A stretch of DNA of 64,000 nt from Guillardia theta CCMP2712 (GCF_000315625.1 NW_005434659.1:823848-887847); one strand, 5' to 3'; shown: positions 39,733-52,773, counted from the first letter of the stretch. The notes: a model not told the origin generated them from the sequence alone. Translations and numbers: made by a program.

Positions 39733-42700
39733 TCATATCCATGTAGGATAGCTACAAAGGTGCCTTTGACCTTCACCGGTCGGTGATGACTGCCACCTCC
39801 CTTGACCGGTCATGATCACTCCGACTTCACCCTGGCTGTACCCGGAAGGTCTTGATGCATCCCAGTTAGTGAAGCTCGGAGATCCTCCAATCACCCAACG
39901 GAAGTCAACCTCAGATGCTGCTGGAGTTCGAAGGCCGATCCACGTGATATAACTCATTCCAAGGCCTGATGTCACTTCAGCGATCGTCTGAATATCCGGA
40001 AAGTACGCCAGATGTCCTTCTCTTCCTATCCCATTGCATTTCGACTCCGCGCCCCACCACGTCAGCGCACTCGTGTAGTAGACGTAGAGATAGTCGCCTG
40101 CCTGCATGCATGTGCCTCCGCTCCCCGTGACATCCGAGCATGACTGCACTGACGGAGATGTCATGCTGCAGTCAGCTGAGGTCGAGCTCGCGCATGGCAT
40201 GGAGAGAGAGAAGTCCTTGAGCCCCCAGAACGTCTTGGCGCTCGAAGCTGACACCTCCCAGTAGTCGTAGTCTACTCGGATCATCGCCTCCACGTAGTCT
40301 TCCGTGTGATACACTCGCACCGCACGCTCGATCAGCTCGTCGCCGTCGCTCTTCCCGCACTCAGACGGCCAGGACGCCATGGCTCCCGCCGTCTCGCTCC
40401 AGACCTCCTGGCGGTTCACGTACAGACGCAGCGTCACCGGCTGCACCAGGTCGACGAGCAGCAGTCGCATCTTGACGTACACGAGGCCATGCTCGCACAA
40501 GCCCGTGAACGTCTTGCTCACGCTCGCGTGCTCGCCCAGCACGTTGAGCCCTCCCAGCACTGAGCCGTATGCCCCGCAGCTCGAGGTCTTGTCCGCGCCC
40601 CTCCAGCCCATGCTCCCGTTGGTGCCGAAGTCTCCCTCCACCCACTCCATCCTCCTCGCGTAGGTGCCGCTGGGGCAGGGGCTGCAGCCTCCCTGCGAGG
40701 CGTTGAGGAAGTAACCTGCAGGAGCAAGACACGCCCGTCAGAGCTCGGCAGCGTCAGGCTCCAGCCGCGTCACCGGAGTCGCACATGCAGCTCGACCGAT
40801 CCTGAGCTTGGAAGGAGGACTGGCTGTGGGCGGGGCACGAGGAGCAGTTGCCTGTCTTGCCTGCGGGGCGTGTGAGGGCTGCTGGTAGCGCTAGAGCGGG
40901 AGGAGGGAGAGGCGGGAGGGAGCATACCGTACTGGTTGTTGGCGCACGTGCATCGACATACTCGGACGTTGTTGGCGTTGGAGGCGCTACAAGTGCCAGG
41001 CAAGCCATTGCGGTAGAAGACTTGACCTGTGACGGGGTTGTAGGAGGGAGCGTCTGCGCTGTTGGTGCCGACAATCTGGGAGACAGTGACACCCCAAGAA
41101 GCTAGAAGAGCAGACAAGTCTTGCTGAGGGAGGAAGGGCTGAGCCTCGTCTAGACACGCCAGGCTGTTGGACTCGCAGGTAGCCGAGCATGAGGCTCCGA
41201 CTGTGTCGCTCAGAAGCAGCTCCTCGACGATCAGCTCGCACTGGTCGTGAGGGGACGTGACCTGCCTGCTGTACCCCGTCGCTCTCACGCCGAAGCCTGC
41301 ATGACAGAAGCAGTCTTCGATCGACCTGCTTCCAGCTCGCGACGAGCTGAAGGCGGGACAAGACGAGCAGTTCCCAGCTGACCCGTAGCTCCCTGCATCC
41401 ACCTTGTCACTCCCACATGTGGCACGACGAGGCGAGCTCGCGAGCTTCACCCACCTGCCTCGCACATGCAGTCCTCCACCGACGAGCTCGCGAACGGCGA
41501 GAGGAGGCCTGACGGGCAGGAGGAGCAGGAGGGCCCCTGATCCAGGTAGTAGCCTACGCGTCCGCTTGCCGTCAGCGCCAGCACGAGCAAGCTCAGGCCC
41601 TACCGCCGATGCACTGGCACTGGTTGACCGAGGAGCTGCCGGTAGGCGACCAGGCGTTGGCGGGGCACGAGTCGCAGGAGCCCTGGGGGCCCCAGGGAGC
41701 GTCGGAGGAGTTGACGTAGAGGTACCGTCCTAGAGCAGCAGCAAGCAGCGTCAGATCCTTGTCCTCCCGCCCCTCGCAGGCCCGAGGCGGCTGAGGCGGG
41801 CTACCTTGATCGCAGGAGCAGTCGCGGATGGAGGAGCTGCCGGGCTGCGACTGAGAGTAGAAGGGACATGGGAAGCACTGGTCGGCTTGACCTGCGAGCG
41901 TCTCGAGCGTCAGGCGCGAGCACAAGCCAGCAGCAGTCGCTACCGTAGAAGTTCTCCAGGCACGGGGCCGAGCACACGCACACCCGACTTGCTCCGAACA
42001 TGCTCGCGTCGCAGGTGGACTGATAGACCTGAGAGCTGAAGAAGCAGCCGAGGTCTGACACGTAAGGAGACATCTTATTCATGGCTGCCGTAGAGCTGCC
42101 GCAGGAGACGTTGAGGGTGTGGTTGTAGGGGGCGGAGCTGCCAGCAGACAGCTTCTGCATGAAGTGACTCGACACGGCTCTCAGCTCATCTGCTCGCAAC
42201 GCTCCTCGCCAGATCGCTACCTCGCTCAACGCCCAGTCCGAGCTCTCAAGGAAGTAGCCGTAATTACTTCCGGGGTCCCAGCCCATGTCGTTGATGGTGA
42301 GCTGAAGGCTGTCCGGCAGGCTCCCAGCTGATTGATCATACTCCACGCCGTTGAAGAAGAACTTGCCCTCCTGGTAGTTCTGCCCGCACAGCACCACCCA
42401 CGCGTCTGCTGTCGCGCTCAGGTCCTGCTTGAGGGCCCAAGAGCGGTCGTAGTAGGCCTGTCCTTGTCCTCCGTACCAGTGACCATGCACAAACTGTTCG
42501 TCTTTGGCTTGCAGGATTCTGTTCCTCATATTGCCGTTGTAGCGAGAGATGGAGCAGAGGGTGAAGACAGGGCCCGGGATGCTCATGGAGGGGAAGGAGA
42601 CGACATCATAGAAGGAGCCGTTGACGTACTTGAGCTTGCCATCCGACATGACCCTCAGAGGCTCCTCGCTCTCGTCCCTCATCTCCCCGACCGAGATCCT

Positions 42701-45369
42701 CCACGTCGATGTCTCAAGCCCGCTAGTTTGTACCTGTCGAAAGTAGATGGCGATGGGTCCGATCTGACCGTCAGCATTGACTGCGAGTCGTGTTGGAATC
42801 TCAAGCCTGCAGTGGACCTGACTCAAAGGTCTGAAGCCGTTAAGTGCGTTCATAAAGCTGCATTCATAGCCCCCGACCCTCACGTTTCCATCAGAGCTGA
42901 TACCATTCCAGATGCCTTTCCAATTGTTAGCATTCTCGACGGTTACGCTGACCGTTATCATCCTCGAGCTCTGCAGCTCGACCGGCACATCCACATAGAA
43001 GTTCTGAGTGATGCGACAACAACCTGACCCTGCGTTAGGATCTGACTGAGGTACAAGAGGGAAGTTGGTAGCCCCGTGCTCTACGTATCGTCGACGCTTC
43101 ACGTGCCCGCTGCTCGCCGTCAGGTCCTGCAGTCCGTCTCCTCCTTGCTCGTGAGCTCCCGCGCTTACCCGCAAGTGAAGCCCCCCCGGCCTCTGCTGCG
43201 GCTCCGTCATCGCTCCCCGGATCCGTCGATCGGACGCGATGCTCGCCGCCCGCACGGCCGATCGCATCGCCTCCTCGTTGTCGATCTGGTTGATCGCCGA
43301 GCTCACGCACGTCTTCCCTTCTGCCGCGCACGTCTGAGCGCATGACATGCCCGACGCTCCCAGCCTGAGCCAGCGCGACTGCTCCTCGACGTTGGAGAAG
43401 ATGGGCGAGCAGCGGTCGGCAGTGCTCGAGATGTTCCCGGAGAAGCCTGCGGACAAGCCTCGTCAGCCGCCTGCGCATGAGAGGAGGCGCCTCCCGCCCC
43501 CTCACCGTACTCGCACTGGCAGTCCGTCACCCGCTGGCTTCCCGCCGCTGACGACGACCCGGGAGGGCACGCGCTGCAGCTGCTGTCTGCGGTCCCGTAG
43601 TAGCCGGGCGCGCACGAGCTGCAAGACGTCTGCCCGAGCCCGGAGGTGTAGAGGCCCGCGGGACAGGCGACGCAGGAGCCCGAGGGCGACGCCGTGTCCA
43701 GGTAGAAGCCTGCGGCCCCGCACGATGACGTCAGAGCGATGGCGACGCGAGCCTCTCTCCTCCTCACCCTCCTTGCACAAGCACTCGAAGCTTCCCTCCG
43801 TGTTGACGCACGTCCTCCCCGCATCGCACAAGCCTGTCTGCGTCACGCACTCGTCTTCGTCCTCGCACACGGTCCCGGACCCCACGTACCCTGACCCTCT
43901 CGCGTCAGCGTCGCTGCGGCTGGGGGCGAGGCAAGGAGGGGCTACCTGGCTTGCAGCTGCACTCGAAGCTCGAGTAGGTGTCGATGCAGCTCGCGTGGGT
44001 CGCGCAGTTGTCGGTGTGAGCGGCGCACTCGTTGATCAGGGTGTAGTTACAGCCCGACGCTCCCGTGCAGGCTTGGAAGGTCCTCGGCTTCGACCCCTCG
44101 CACATCCCCTCCCCCACCTCCACCCCGTCCGACCGCACGCACATCACCGACCGGTACTGCAAGCCAGGCCCGCAGGTGCTGGAGCATGCTTCCCAGGCGG
44201 AGGTGGTCCAGCGGTAGGAGCAGGAGGAGAAGTTGGCGCAAGGCTGCGCACGCCGTCAGTCGCAAGCTCGCTCGCTCATCCTTCAGCACCTCCTCGCCGA
44301 CCGGAGCTGATCCCACACACTTGGCTGCCTCGACGGTGACGCCGTCGCTCCTCCGGCATGAGACGGGGCGACGGCGAAGGCCTTGGCCGCAGCCCGTGAG
44401 ACACTCGCTGTAGGGGCCGACCTCCCACTCGTAGGAGCACTGGGAGAGGTTGAGGCAGGGAACCTCCGCCAGAGGCCTCGAGCGGTTGGAGCAGCGAACG
44501 TCCTCGACCTGCTTGAGGAGCTTCGAGATGCACGTGATGCTTCTCCTCGCCACTCCGCTGCCACACAGGCTGCTGCACTCGCTGAAGCTGCCGGCGCTCC
44601 ACAGGTAGCCGGGCTCCAGGTAGTACTGGTCCAGCAGCTGCTGCACTTGCTGCTGGCTCACGCACGACCCCCCGCATCCCCCCGAGCGGATCTCCTGCTG
44701 GAGGGCCTTGAGCTGGGCGAGGATGTTGGAGAGGGCCAGGTCGGGCTGGAAGGGTCCTTGCTGGAGGAGGCTGAGGGTCAGCGCACGAGGAGAGGTCAGA
44801 GCGCAGGCAGCTGCTTGCCTGCGTGAGGAGGAGCTGCGAGTCAAGACCCCACGGGAGGAAGACTTCCTGCACCTCGTCGAAGACGAAGCACATGGCGTCT
44901 CCTGCCTGCTGCACACAGCGGTTGTCGTAGTCGCAGACCCAGACCTCGTACCTGGCAGCAAGCATGTCAGCATCTGCTGATGCGCTAGTGGAGAGGGGAA
45001 CCTGTCTTTCTGCATAAGGTGGCCCAGGCCTCCGATCTGAACTCTTCCCTCGTCCTCTTTGTTGACGATCTGAGACCAGTTGTAGGGGAGGGAGCAGCGA
45101 ACCACGCTGGAGGTGAGGTTACCCCAGGGAAGCTGCGGCGAGGAGGTGACAGAGGCGTTGAGGCTTCGAAGCTCCTCGAGGGTAGTGGAGAGGCTCTGCT
45201 TGATGCTGCGGATCTCCCACTCCAGCGCTCTGACGGCATCGGCTGACTGATCTGAGAGGGAGGAGGAGAGCACAGAAGAAGAAGAGGAGAGGAGGAGAAT
45301 GAAGAAGAGGATGGGGGCTGGGGAGAGATCGAGGGGCCTCATCCCAACTATGCATGAGAGCATAAGCAT
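39733..45369 (-). CDS. Large secreted/surface protein: signal peptide, TSP1 repeats, Ca-binding EGF, GCC2/GCC3-type Cys-rich repeats, ConA/LamG-like domain, C-terminal C-type lectin
   Basis: Hydrophobic N-terminus ILFFILLLSSS; TSP1 WSAGSFSECSSLCGSGVARRSITC and WEVGPYSEC..GCGQG; EGF DEDEC..C..GRTCVNTEGSFEC; C.ACPPGSSS.AGS....DC.C repeats; CTLD LTWWGAESKC..GHLA..WIGL..FTNW..W..LC. Confidence 0.88.
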
Positions 45370-45829
45370 TGTTCCCTCAGCTCGGGACTCTCCAAGGCCT
45401 TGGATCAAGGGGTCGTTCTTTTAATCTAGTAGCTCAAATATTGAATTTCCTTGCTTTCCCACCCCTCCTGCAGCCATCATCTGTATCAATAGACCCTGGC
45501 ACCCCCCACCCTCCCGACACCCACCCCGTCCCCACCTACTTGGTCCCCACCGGCGCTTTCACCACCCCCTCCCGATTCCGTCCCCACGCCGTCCCCACGG
45601 CCGTCCCCACGCCGTCCCCACCCCCTCTCCACAACCTCCACAGCACAACCCCCTCCCCACCTTTGGGTACTAGCCGTCGGCCCGTAATAGAGCAACAGGC
45701 CCGATAACTAATAATTTAACTTAACTTAGATGAGTAAAAGCTGGGCTCAGATCTGATGATGCGCCCGCCCCAGGCCCGGGACCCATTTGTATATAAATGA
45801 GTATTTGAATTAAAAAAACATATCAAACA

Positions 45830-46147
45830 ATGTCACAAAAGACAGATCATGTGAAGAAATGGTATGGTCAGATAAAGGATGGAAAACTCTTCAAAGAGAA
45901 CCCTCTCGGAAGATCAAGCATCATTATAAGCAGTGACAAGAAGAATATTCACGCAAATGATCCCAAAAAGAAAGTCACAAAGGAGTTCTGTGTTACAGAT
46001 TACAAGAATCCAATGATAGACCAAAACCTGAATCTATATGAGATCCTGAAACATGGCAGAAACACAGGTTTGCCAATTGATATAGACATAATGGTTGAGG
46101 ATGAAGAAGAAAATAAAAAACAACAAAGGATTTTGAAGATACACTAA
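45830..46147 (+). pseudogene. N-terminal fragment of archaeo-eukaryotic primase (NCLDV/herpes-type AEP)
   Basis: NLYEIL......LPIDIDI resembles the YE..hhDxD motif I of viral AEPs; truncated. Confidence 0.5.
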
Positions 46148-46189
46148 GAGAGACAAACAATGCTGGCATCTATGTGTTATGATGGTTGT

Positions 46190-46574
46190 TGATAAAGTTT
46201 GATAGATATAGGGACAATCTGCTTGAAACATATTAGCTCTTGATGGCGAGAATTTGTGCCGATATATTCATCCTCTTGTTCACATACAGAGAGCACAGGT
46301 ATACTACCGAGCATATTGTATCCTGTTTAGAGTGATGGTTTGTTCTATAAGACAAAGTATCTTCTTCTTTTCACAACATATACGGGTCTTCCATCCATGT
46401 TCACCATCTAGTTGTGGACGACAGAACTGCTCATAATACTCAAATATATATAGATTGTTAGGTGCTGAGTAGTCTCATCTTGGATAAAGTATCCACTATA
46501 TCTTTGAATTCTTTGTCGGTTAGCTTTTCCTTGCAAGAAAATACTTGATCACTAAGTGAATCAATATATTGCAT
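46190..46574 (-). pseudogene. Disrupted small virus-like ORF
   Basis: MQYIDSLSDQVFSCKEKLTDKEFKDIVDTLSKMR followed by stops and frameshifts; AAAAATGA upstream. Confidence 0.4.
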
Positions 46575-46867
46575 TTTTTACATATTTTTACATATTGACA
46601 CCGTTGATTCAATCATTTTTATCAAGACCCCGGGGAAAGCGCCCCGGACCGTCGACGCGCTAACACTGAGGTAAGGCCTATATGAATCAGACACAATACC
46701 TCGTACAAGATCCATATATAGTCTCTATATGACCTCTTCAAACGTTATATAGATAATAGTTGATATATTCTTGGATCACAACATGCTTATATAGTATTTA
46801 AAGAAACATGTAGAATGTCTTATAGAATATTGTACAGAGAAAATGTATAATATATAGAGAGAAGAGG

Positions 46868-47208
46868 ATGTCGGAAGACAAGAAAGAAGCTATGAGACAA
46901 TACAACAAAGCTTATCTACAACGAAGAAAAGAGGATGGGACAATACAAGAGATTTATGATTACATTGCGGAGTACAACAAGACCGATATAATACAGATCC
47001 AGAATTTAGAGAAAGAATCAATGACTATCTCAGACGTTACCGTAATGATGGTACAAAACGGATGAAGAATTCAGAGAGAAAGTTAAGGAAGGCAACAGGA
47101 AGCAATATGAAGACCCTGTAAAACGGGAACGGATCAAAGCAAGAAGACGTGAGAGGTATCAGGAGCAGAAGAGAGCACAAGCGGAAGCATTAGCACAAAC
47201 AAATGCCT
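46868..47208 (+). pseudogene. Basic charged helical ORF, frameshifted
   Basis: MSEDKKEAMRQYNKAYLQRRKE ... KRERIKARRRERYQEQK across frames. Confidence 0.45.
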
Positions 47209-47281
47209 GAAGATAGGAGAATGAGAGTGTGTCAAAACGCATATAAAGACTATGTTCATAGTAATATATATCATAGAAGGG

Positions 47282-47620
47282 ATGTTGAAAGATATCTTAT
47301 TTAATGAACAACAACGGAAAGAGAATCTCTTGGTTCTCTCAAAGCAATTGAATGACTATGGATTCACGGTCATCCCTTTGCAACTGTGTGAAGAACTGTA
47401 AAAAGGTCTCACACAGCCTTACACATCATTGAAATCATCAACTATAAGCAAACCCCAAAGTAAGGTTACAAAGAACACCTTGGAGGTCATCAAGAAGAAA
47501 CCAATATCTGGTCTGGCCATATATGGAACATCTGTGAGGATAGATGATGATACCTATAAAGGGACTCCATCAGAAGAATTGAGATCCATATTGAAGGAAT
47601 GTGAAGAGGCAGCAGATTAA
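47282..47620 (+). pseudogene. Possible Prim-Pol (bifunctional primase-polymerase) N-terminal fragment
   Basis: YGFTVIPL ... SGLAIYG..VRIDD resembles G.VIPL / GhAh.TG..hDhD; contains a frameshift. Confidence 0.35.
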
Positions 47621-47879
47621 TTTCCCGACAAGGTACTTGGGAATCATTCAAATCGTTGCTGGTGAAGGAGTATTTGTCGTTGTCGCACTTGCAGTATATT
47701 TTGGGTGAGATCGACAATGTATCCGATTTGAAGATCACGGTTGGATTGTGATAAGGGTATTCACATACATATGATATCCCATCTAATACCTCTATCATGC
47801 CGCCAAACAGCTTCTTCGATCCAAAGGGCTTTATCGAACTATTTATCTTTGAGTTTGGCTTGAAGAAGTACTGCTTCCC

Positions 47880-48976
47880 TTGTACGGTCCTGACATTATC
47901 ACAATCTGTATCCTCGCCACGCAATGTTTGCAACCAATTCCTCACACGATTACCAACTAATGTTGCAGCAATGTCAACCTTTTGATCTGGAGGGATTCTT
48001 TGACGCTGGAATTGAAACTCAAGCTCCCCAAACCAACTTGCAACAGTCATTTCTCCATTAAATCGAGAAATATCCTTGGAATGAAACTTCACTAGGGAAG
48101 ACTGCTGCTTGACATGCTGACTTGACATGTCGTTCGACATGCTCGCATTATTTTGCTTGCATGTTGCATCAGCCCCTCCTGGTTCCTTGATCGGAAGGTA
48201 TTGAACTGCTCCTCATTTTTTTATTTTCTTCCCTAAGGACAGAGATTTCCTGTTTTGTCTCGACGAGCTCTCTTTCCTTACGAAACATCACTTCCTTGAC
48301 GAAAGCTTCATACTTTACTTGCATGTCCATTGCGAGTTGCAATTCTTCTCGCAACTTCTTGTTTGCAGCGACCAATTCTTCAAACTGCACTGATTCGAAC
48401 CTCGGCCGGGTCGAACCTGCCGGAGATAAGAAGGTATATTAATCCTCGAAAATCCCGCGACGTCTCGCCGATTTCCGTTCGGATCCTCTTCTGAGGTAGA
48501 AGGTACCGTCGTAACTTCCCTCATCGTCTTGTCTTCAGGCGTTTCCTCATCGAAACTCCTTCTGAAGTTGTCAAGCATGACTGCCAAGCCTGAACTTCCA
48601 AGAGGACCATCTCCAGGAGACCTTCTTATCCTTTCTACATCCGATTGCATGCAGTGTCCAGAGGTTACCTTTCAAGTTCCTTTGCGATCAAAACAAATTG
48701 TCGTAATCCGTAATTATTTCAAACAAAAACCAAACCTTACGCTACCAATGTTATGGATTGACAATCCTGATGATGTGCTTTGACTCTGTGAACTTGAACC
48801 AACTTGATAACTTGCGTTAACAAGCAAACAGGAACCTCAACACAATCGCGCTCACTGAACGTATAGAAAGTTCGGATCCATTTTATTCGACCAAAACCTA
48901 CCAAACCAACCAAACCGACCGGGATAAGACAGCTAGTTGACTGAAGTATTCGTAACCGCTTACGTAACCCCTAACA
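47880..48976 (-). mobile_element. Ty3/gypsy LTR retrotransposon, 5' part only (LTR + PBS + broken gag; 3' portion missing)
   Basis: 228-bp LTR at 48749-48976 bounded by TGTTA..TAACA; PBS TGGTAGCGTAAG 1 nt downstream; gag motif RFNGE..VASWFGELEFQF....IP..QKV..A..LVG..V.NW. Confidence 0.85.
48736..48747 (-). promoter_or_regulatory. tRNA primer-binding site
   Basis: Minus strand ..TAACA-T-TGGTAGCGTAAG; TGG is complementary to tRNA CCA. Confidence 0.75.
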
Positions 48977-50581
48977 GAACCTGAACAACCGATAAATACA
49001 TACTGTATATCAACCTTTGCGAGGACCCTCACACCAGACCAAAAGGTCCAGCAATTGGCAAGAAACAGGAAATGTCTGACACTTTTCTTTTATATCAGCT
49101 ACAAGTTCACACCAGAGAACATGATTTACACAGGATTGCCAGTTCATAAGGATATAGAGGATTGTAGGAAGACCTACAATGAGATGTTGTTCGATAGCAG
49201 CATATGCAATAGTGTAATGAAGAAGACACAGGACATGATAGAGATAAACCGAGAGATGAAGAACATAGACAATGACAATTTCTGTCACAGGGACAGCATC
49301 CCTGGCAACAAGGAGTTGATCAAGATCCTATATCGTCAGGACACCCAGATGCTTAACTATGAGCACTACTATATCAAGAATCTAGAGAGATTGGGGATGG
49401 TGGTCTATAAGAACTATTACAAGGAAGAGAGAGAGATAAGACGTGAAAAGAAGAATGATCTCATGCAACAGAAGCTGGATGTGATGAGGTTCTTGAAGAT
49501 GAGGAACATAAAGATAGAGAAGGAGATAGAGGAGTTCATGGAGGATGATAATGTCCAAGAGGTGCTGTTGAAGGACAAGGTGAAGAAAGAAACGGAGGAT
49601 TTTGAAAGGATGTTGAACAGGAACGATACCAAGCCGATAACATCAAAGGAGGAACAATGGCAGAACAAGATAAATAACTATTTCAGGAATGTATCAGAGG
49701 AAAAGAGAGGAGAGCACATAGAGAGGTACAAGGATTTGTTGATTGGTGGTCTATCGGTGAAGAGCGATGTGAATGATGAAGCCACTAGGTTGGAGGATCC
49801 AATCATAGAACACAACAGGATGGTGGCTTATATGTACAGATCATCGCATCTGGAGGCAATCCTGAAGAAGAAGATATCGGAGGACAACCCGATGAGTGGG
49901 CACATGTCAATCTATATGGAAGCATGGAGAACGAAGGAGATGATGAGGAAGTATCTAGGGAACAAGGACTGTTTCAATCTCGAGTGTCTGGACACAGGCA
50001 AGTACAAGGAAGGAAAGATAAGAATAGATCCGGATGATGCGAAGAATTATTTTGATGCGTGGGTGATAGAGGATTCAGAGGTGAATCGAGAGAAGCTGAG
50101 GAAGATAGAGGAGTACAACAGGTTGTTAGAGAACAAGGAGAGGCCTAATTTTGCCAAACCGAGGATAACAACATATGTGCCGGCGGAGAGTCTGAGCTAC
50201 AAACAGATCGCGGAGGCGATAAGGAAGAGATTGGAGGGTTTGATCACGTGTGAAAAATACAAGATTACAAGAGAAGAGAATGGCACCAAGAAAAGAATAA
50301 ACTGTACAAGATATATGTTTGATTGTGAGAATATGAAGCACCATATGGAGTTATTGAGATTGCGTCTTGATAAATATGATGTGTTGGAGAACTGTATAAC
50401 AACATTTTTCATTCATAAACATTTTGTGAAGTTTTCTCAAAAACTTTGTTTCAAGAGCCGTCAGGCTGAAATAAAAAACAATATTTACAAACACTTTATG
50501 GAGTTTTCTCAAAAACTTTGTTACAACAATCGTAAGGCTAAAATAACAGTCCACATCAATCAGAGAAGTGACTACCCCTAA
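48977..50581 (+). pseudogene. C-terminal part of a UL9-like (origin-binding) SF2 helicase protein
   Basis: The frame opens right at the LTR edge: EPEQPINTYCISTFARTLTPDQKVQQLARNRK.LTLFFYI (motif VI QxxxRxR), then a long K/E-rich helical tail. A 75-bp duplication lies at about 50415-50548. Confidence 0.6.
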
Positions 50582-50802
50582 AAGATGCTAGAAACATGGC
50601 ATAAGATGATAACGTGTCAGTAGGAGAACTCAAAAAAGAAGGGAGAACATATAAAAAGGCTTCAAAGCAAATTAGTGACTTTGGGTCGAGAGAGATTGCG
50701 ATGAGAACATAGTGGGCGAAGGATAGCATGTTCTTGATGAAATGCGATCCAGTCTTGTTCAAATGTGGAGTGTTGTAGAAAGAAACATCACACAAATATA
50801 TT

Positions 50803-51315
50803 CTATTTACGACACAATGGACATTTATTAAGAATATTTTCATTAACATTCTCTGTTTCAATCCGTTCACACATCAATTCAAATTCATCAATCTGTTGTC
50901 TAAAAGGATCCCATTTTGTATTGTTTTGATAGTTATTATCATCAAAATCATTATAATATTCTTCTTCTAATTCAGGGATTGGAAAGGAAGGCATTTCTTT
51001 GCCAAAATAGCATCGTTTGAAGCACTTTAAACATGTTGAATGATCACAATTAGGTTGAGAAACACATTTTGTAATCTCAAGACATATTGGACATTCACGA
51101 TCATTGTGAATTTGGAGTATTCCTTTTCGTGTCATATTACAACCCATACACAATCCACCATGTATATTAAAAAGCCAGAATGGAGCAATGACATCACATA
51201 CGATAAAATTAGGACATTGTATGGGTTTGCATTTATGGACACAATCGAATTGGCATGTATAATAATTAGATGAGGTTGTTTGTATAAGACAAGATCCATC
51301 GCCATTACAAGACAT
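50803..51315 (-). CDS. Viral-type Cys-rich RING finger protein
   Basis: CPICLE....VSQPNCDHSTCLKC ... CPLCRK plus an upstream CPNFIVC..C..C cluster; intronless, intact. Confidence 0.85.
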   Translation of the reverse strand: MSCNGDGSCLIQTTSSNYYTCQFDCVHKCKPIQCPNFIVCDVIAPFWLFNIHGGLCMGCNMTRKGILQIHNDRECPICLEITKCVSQPNCDHSTCLKCFKRCYFGKEMPSFPIPELEEEYYNDFDDNNYQNNTKWDPFRQQIDEFELMCERIETENVNENILNKCPLCRK

Positions 51316-51363
51316 GTTTGTAATGCATATTGATTAATTCTTAAATAAGCAGCGCAGTGATTG

Positions 51364-51600
51364 TTTTGAATATTCTCAATATATTTTTTGTTACGAGAAT
51401 GGTAAGGGTTATAGTAAGGTTTTAGACTGTCTGCTGGGCGCCCTACATCGGAGGGGGGGTGTCTGCTTAGGGGGTCTTATTTTGGATAAGGTATATATAT
51501 ACGTCATTGCTGTTTAAAGGGGGTAGAGCAGACACTCAATTGTCAATGCCAAAAGGAGAGCATAGGATGATAAAGTGTTAGTAGAGAGATACTAAAAACA
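51364..51600. repeat. About 240-bp direct repeat, copy 1
   Basis: Near-identical to 53503-53742; contains the inverted pair GTGTCTGCT..AGCAGACAC. Confidence 0.95.
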
Positions 51601-52113
51601 GTTGAGAGTAATGAGAAAAAAGACATGCTAGCGAAGATTGTATGATCTAAAGGAGGTATTTTTTCAGGATGTATGAGGACGAGGTAGTGAGGAGGGAACC
51701 TTTTGTATGAGAGTACAACCTGTGTGAAATTAGGGCAAGGGGGTAGATAAAGGAGGAAATAATGTGATCGACTTGCATTTAGCACCAAGATCATGTTTGT
51801 AATTCTTGAAATATATGAAGCCATAAGTGATAGGTTAAGGGTGGGTGGTATAGTGAAGGTTTTTAGGAAGATATCCATTGTGAGACACGACGCCGGTTAG
51901 ATACAGTATCTATAATACTCCACTTTTTAATTTGAGGATTCCATTTAGCTCCAAGAGCCAAGACTCTATCTTCATATGAAATATTGCAATCAAAATAAAA
52001 CTTTTGAAAGGCGTCATTGCCGGAACTCTGATACCAATAATCAAGATCTTCTTGAAGAGAAATATATTTAATTTCAATGCGTTTTTTGAATTTGGAGGTT
52101 GGTGTCTTATAAT

Positions 52114-52773
52114 CTATATAATTACAAGATATATGTATAGAACTTCACCAAGAGGATGAGATATAAGAATGGAGAATCCTTTTTCATCGTTGGAAATTGT
52201 ATAATTCCAATTTTTGTTATTCAAGATAATGCATGCATTATGTATAAAAATAAAATCAGCGAGAGGTTTTGAGAGATATTGACAAGAAACATTATGTTTA
52301 ATGACATAGTTAGAATCCATTTGAATCTGTGTCAAAGATGTGATTCTAGGCAACAAATGATGAATAACTGTAAGTATGCTCATAATGATTTGAACGGTAT
52401 TGCTTCCACAGAAATCAATCATCATATGAAAGGGGTATTGACAATGATCAAGAACATGAAAATAGTCAGATATGTTATAGTGATCATTTGTAAGAATAAA
52501 GCAATATATTCTATGTTGATTTGATGAAATGACAACATGAAACTGATTAAATAGTGGATGAAAAAGGTCAATAATCGATTGATTCATAAGAGCTTCTTCA
52601 TGTGTTTGAGCATCAAAATTAAAACATAAATGGTGTGGATTGTTGTTATTACAACTACAGTGACAATATTGTTGAAATTTTGGAACAAATTCGGATTGTT
52701 CTATAATAACTCTAACAAGACATTCAATATCAACACAATGATCATGTTTTAGGAATGTTTTAAAATATGCCAA
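52114..52773 (-). CDS. Hypothetical protein (island)
   Basis: 219-aa intronless ATG ORF overlapping the end of the CoiA-like gene. Confidence 0.55.
   Translation of the reverse strand: MAYFKTFLKHDHCVDIECLVRVIIEQSEFVPKFQQYCHCSCNNNNPHHLCFNFDAQTHEEALMNQSIIDLFHPLFNQFHVVISSNQHRIYCFILTNDHYNISDYFHVLDHCQYPFHMMIDFCGSNTVQIIMSILTVIHHLLPRITSLTQIQMDSNYVIKHNVSCQYLSKPLADFIFIHNACIILNNKNWNYTISNDEKGFSILISHPLGEVLYIYLVII

Noticed and set aside
39438-39950. Diversity-generating retroelement (lectin VR plus downstream TR)
   Set aside because: Differences are not adenine-specific and include many silent C/T and G/T changes; there is no AAY-rich template and no reverse transcriptase in the window.
47490-48140. 216-aa ORF as a real gag fusion protein
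   Set aside because: Most simply a deletion junction joining truncated gag to unrelated island sequence.
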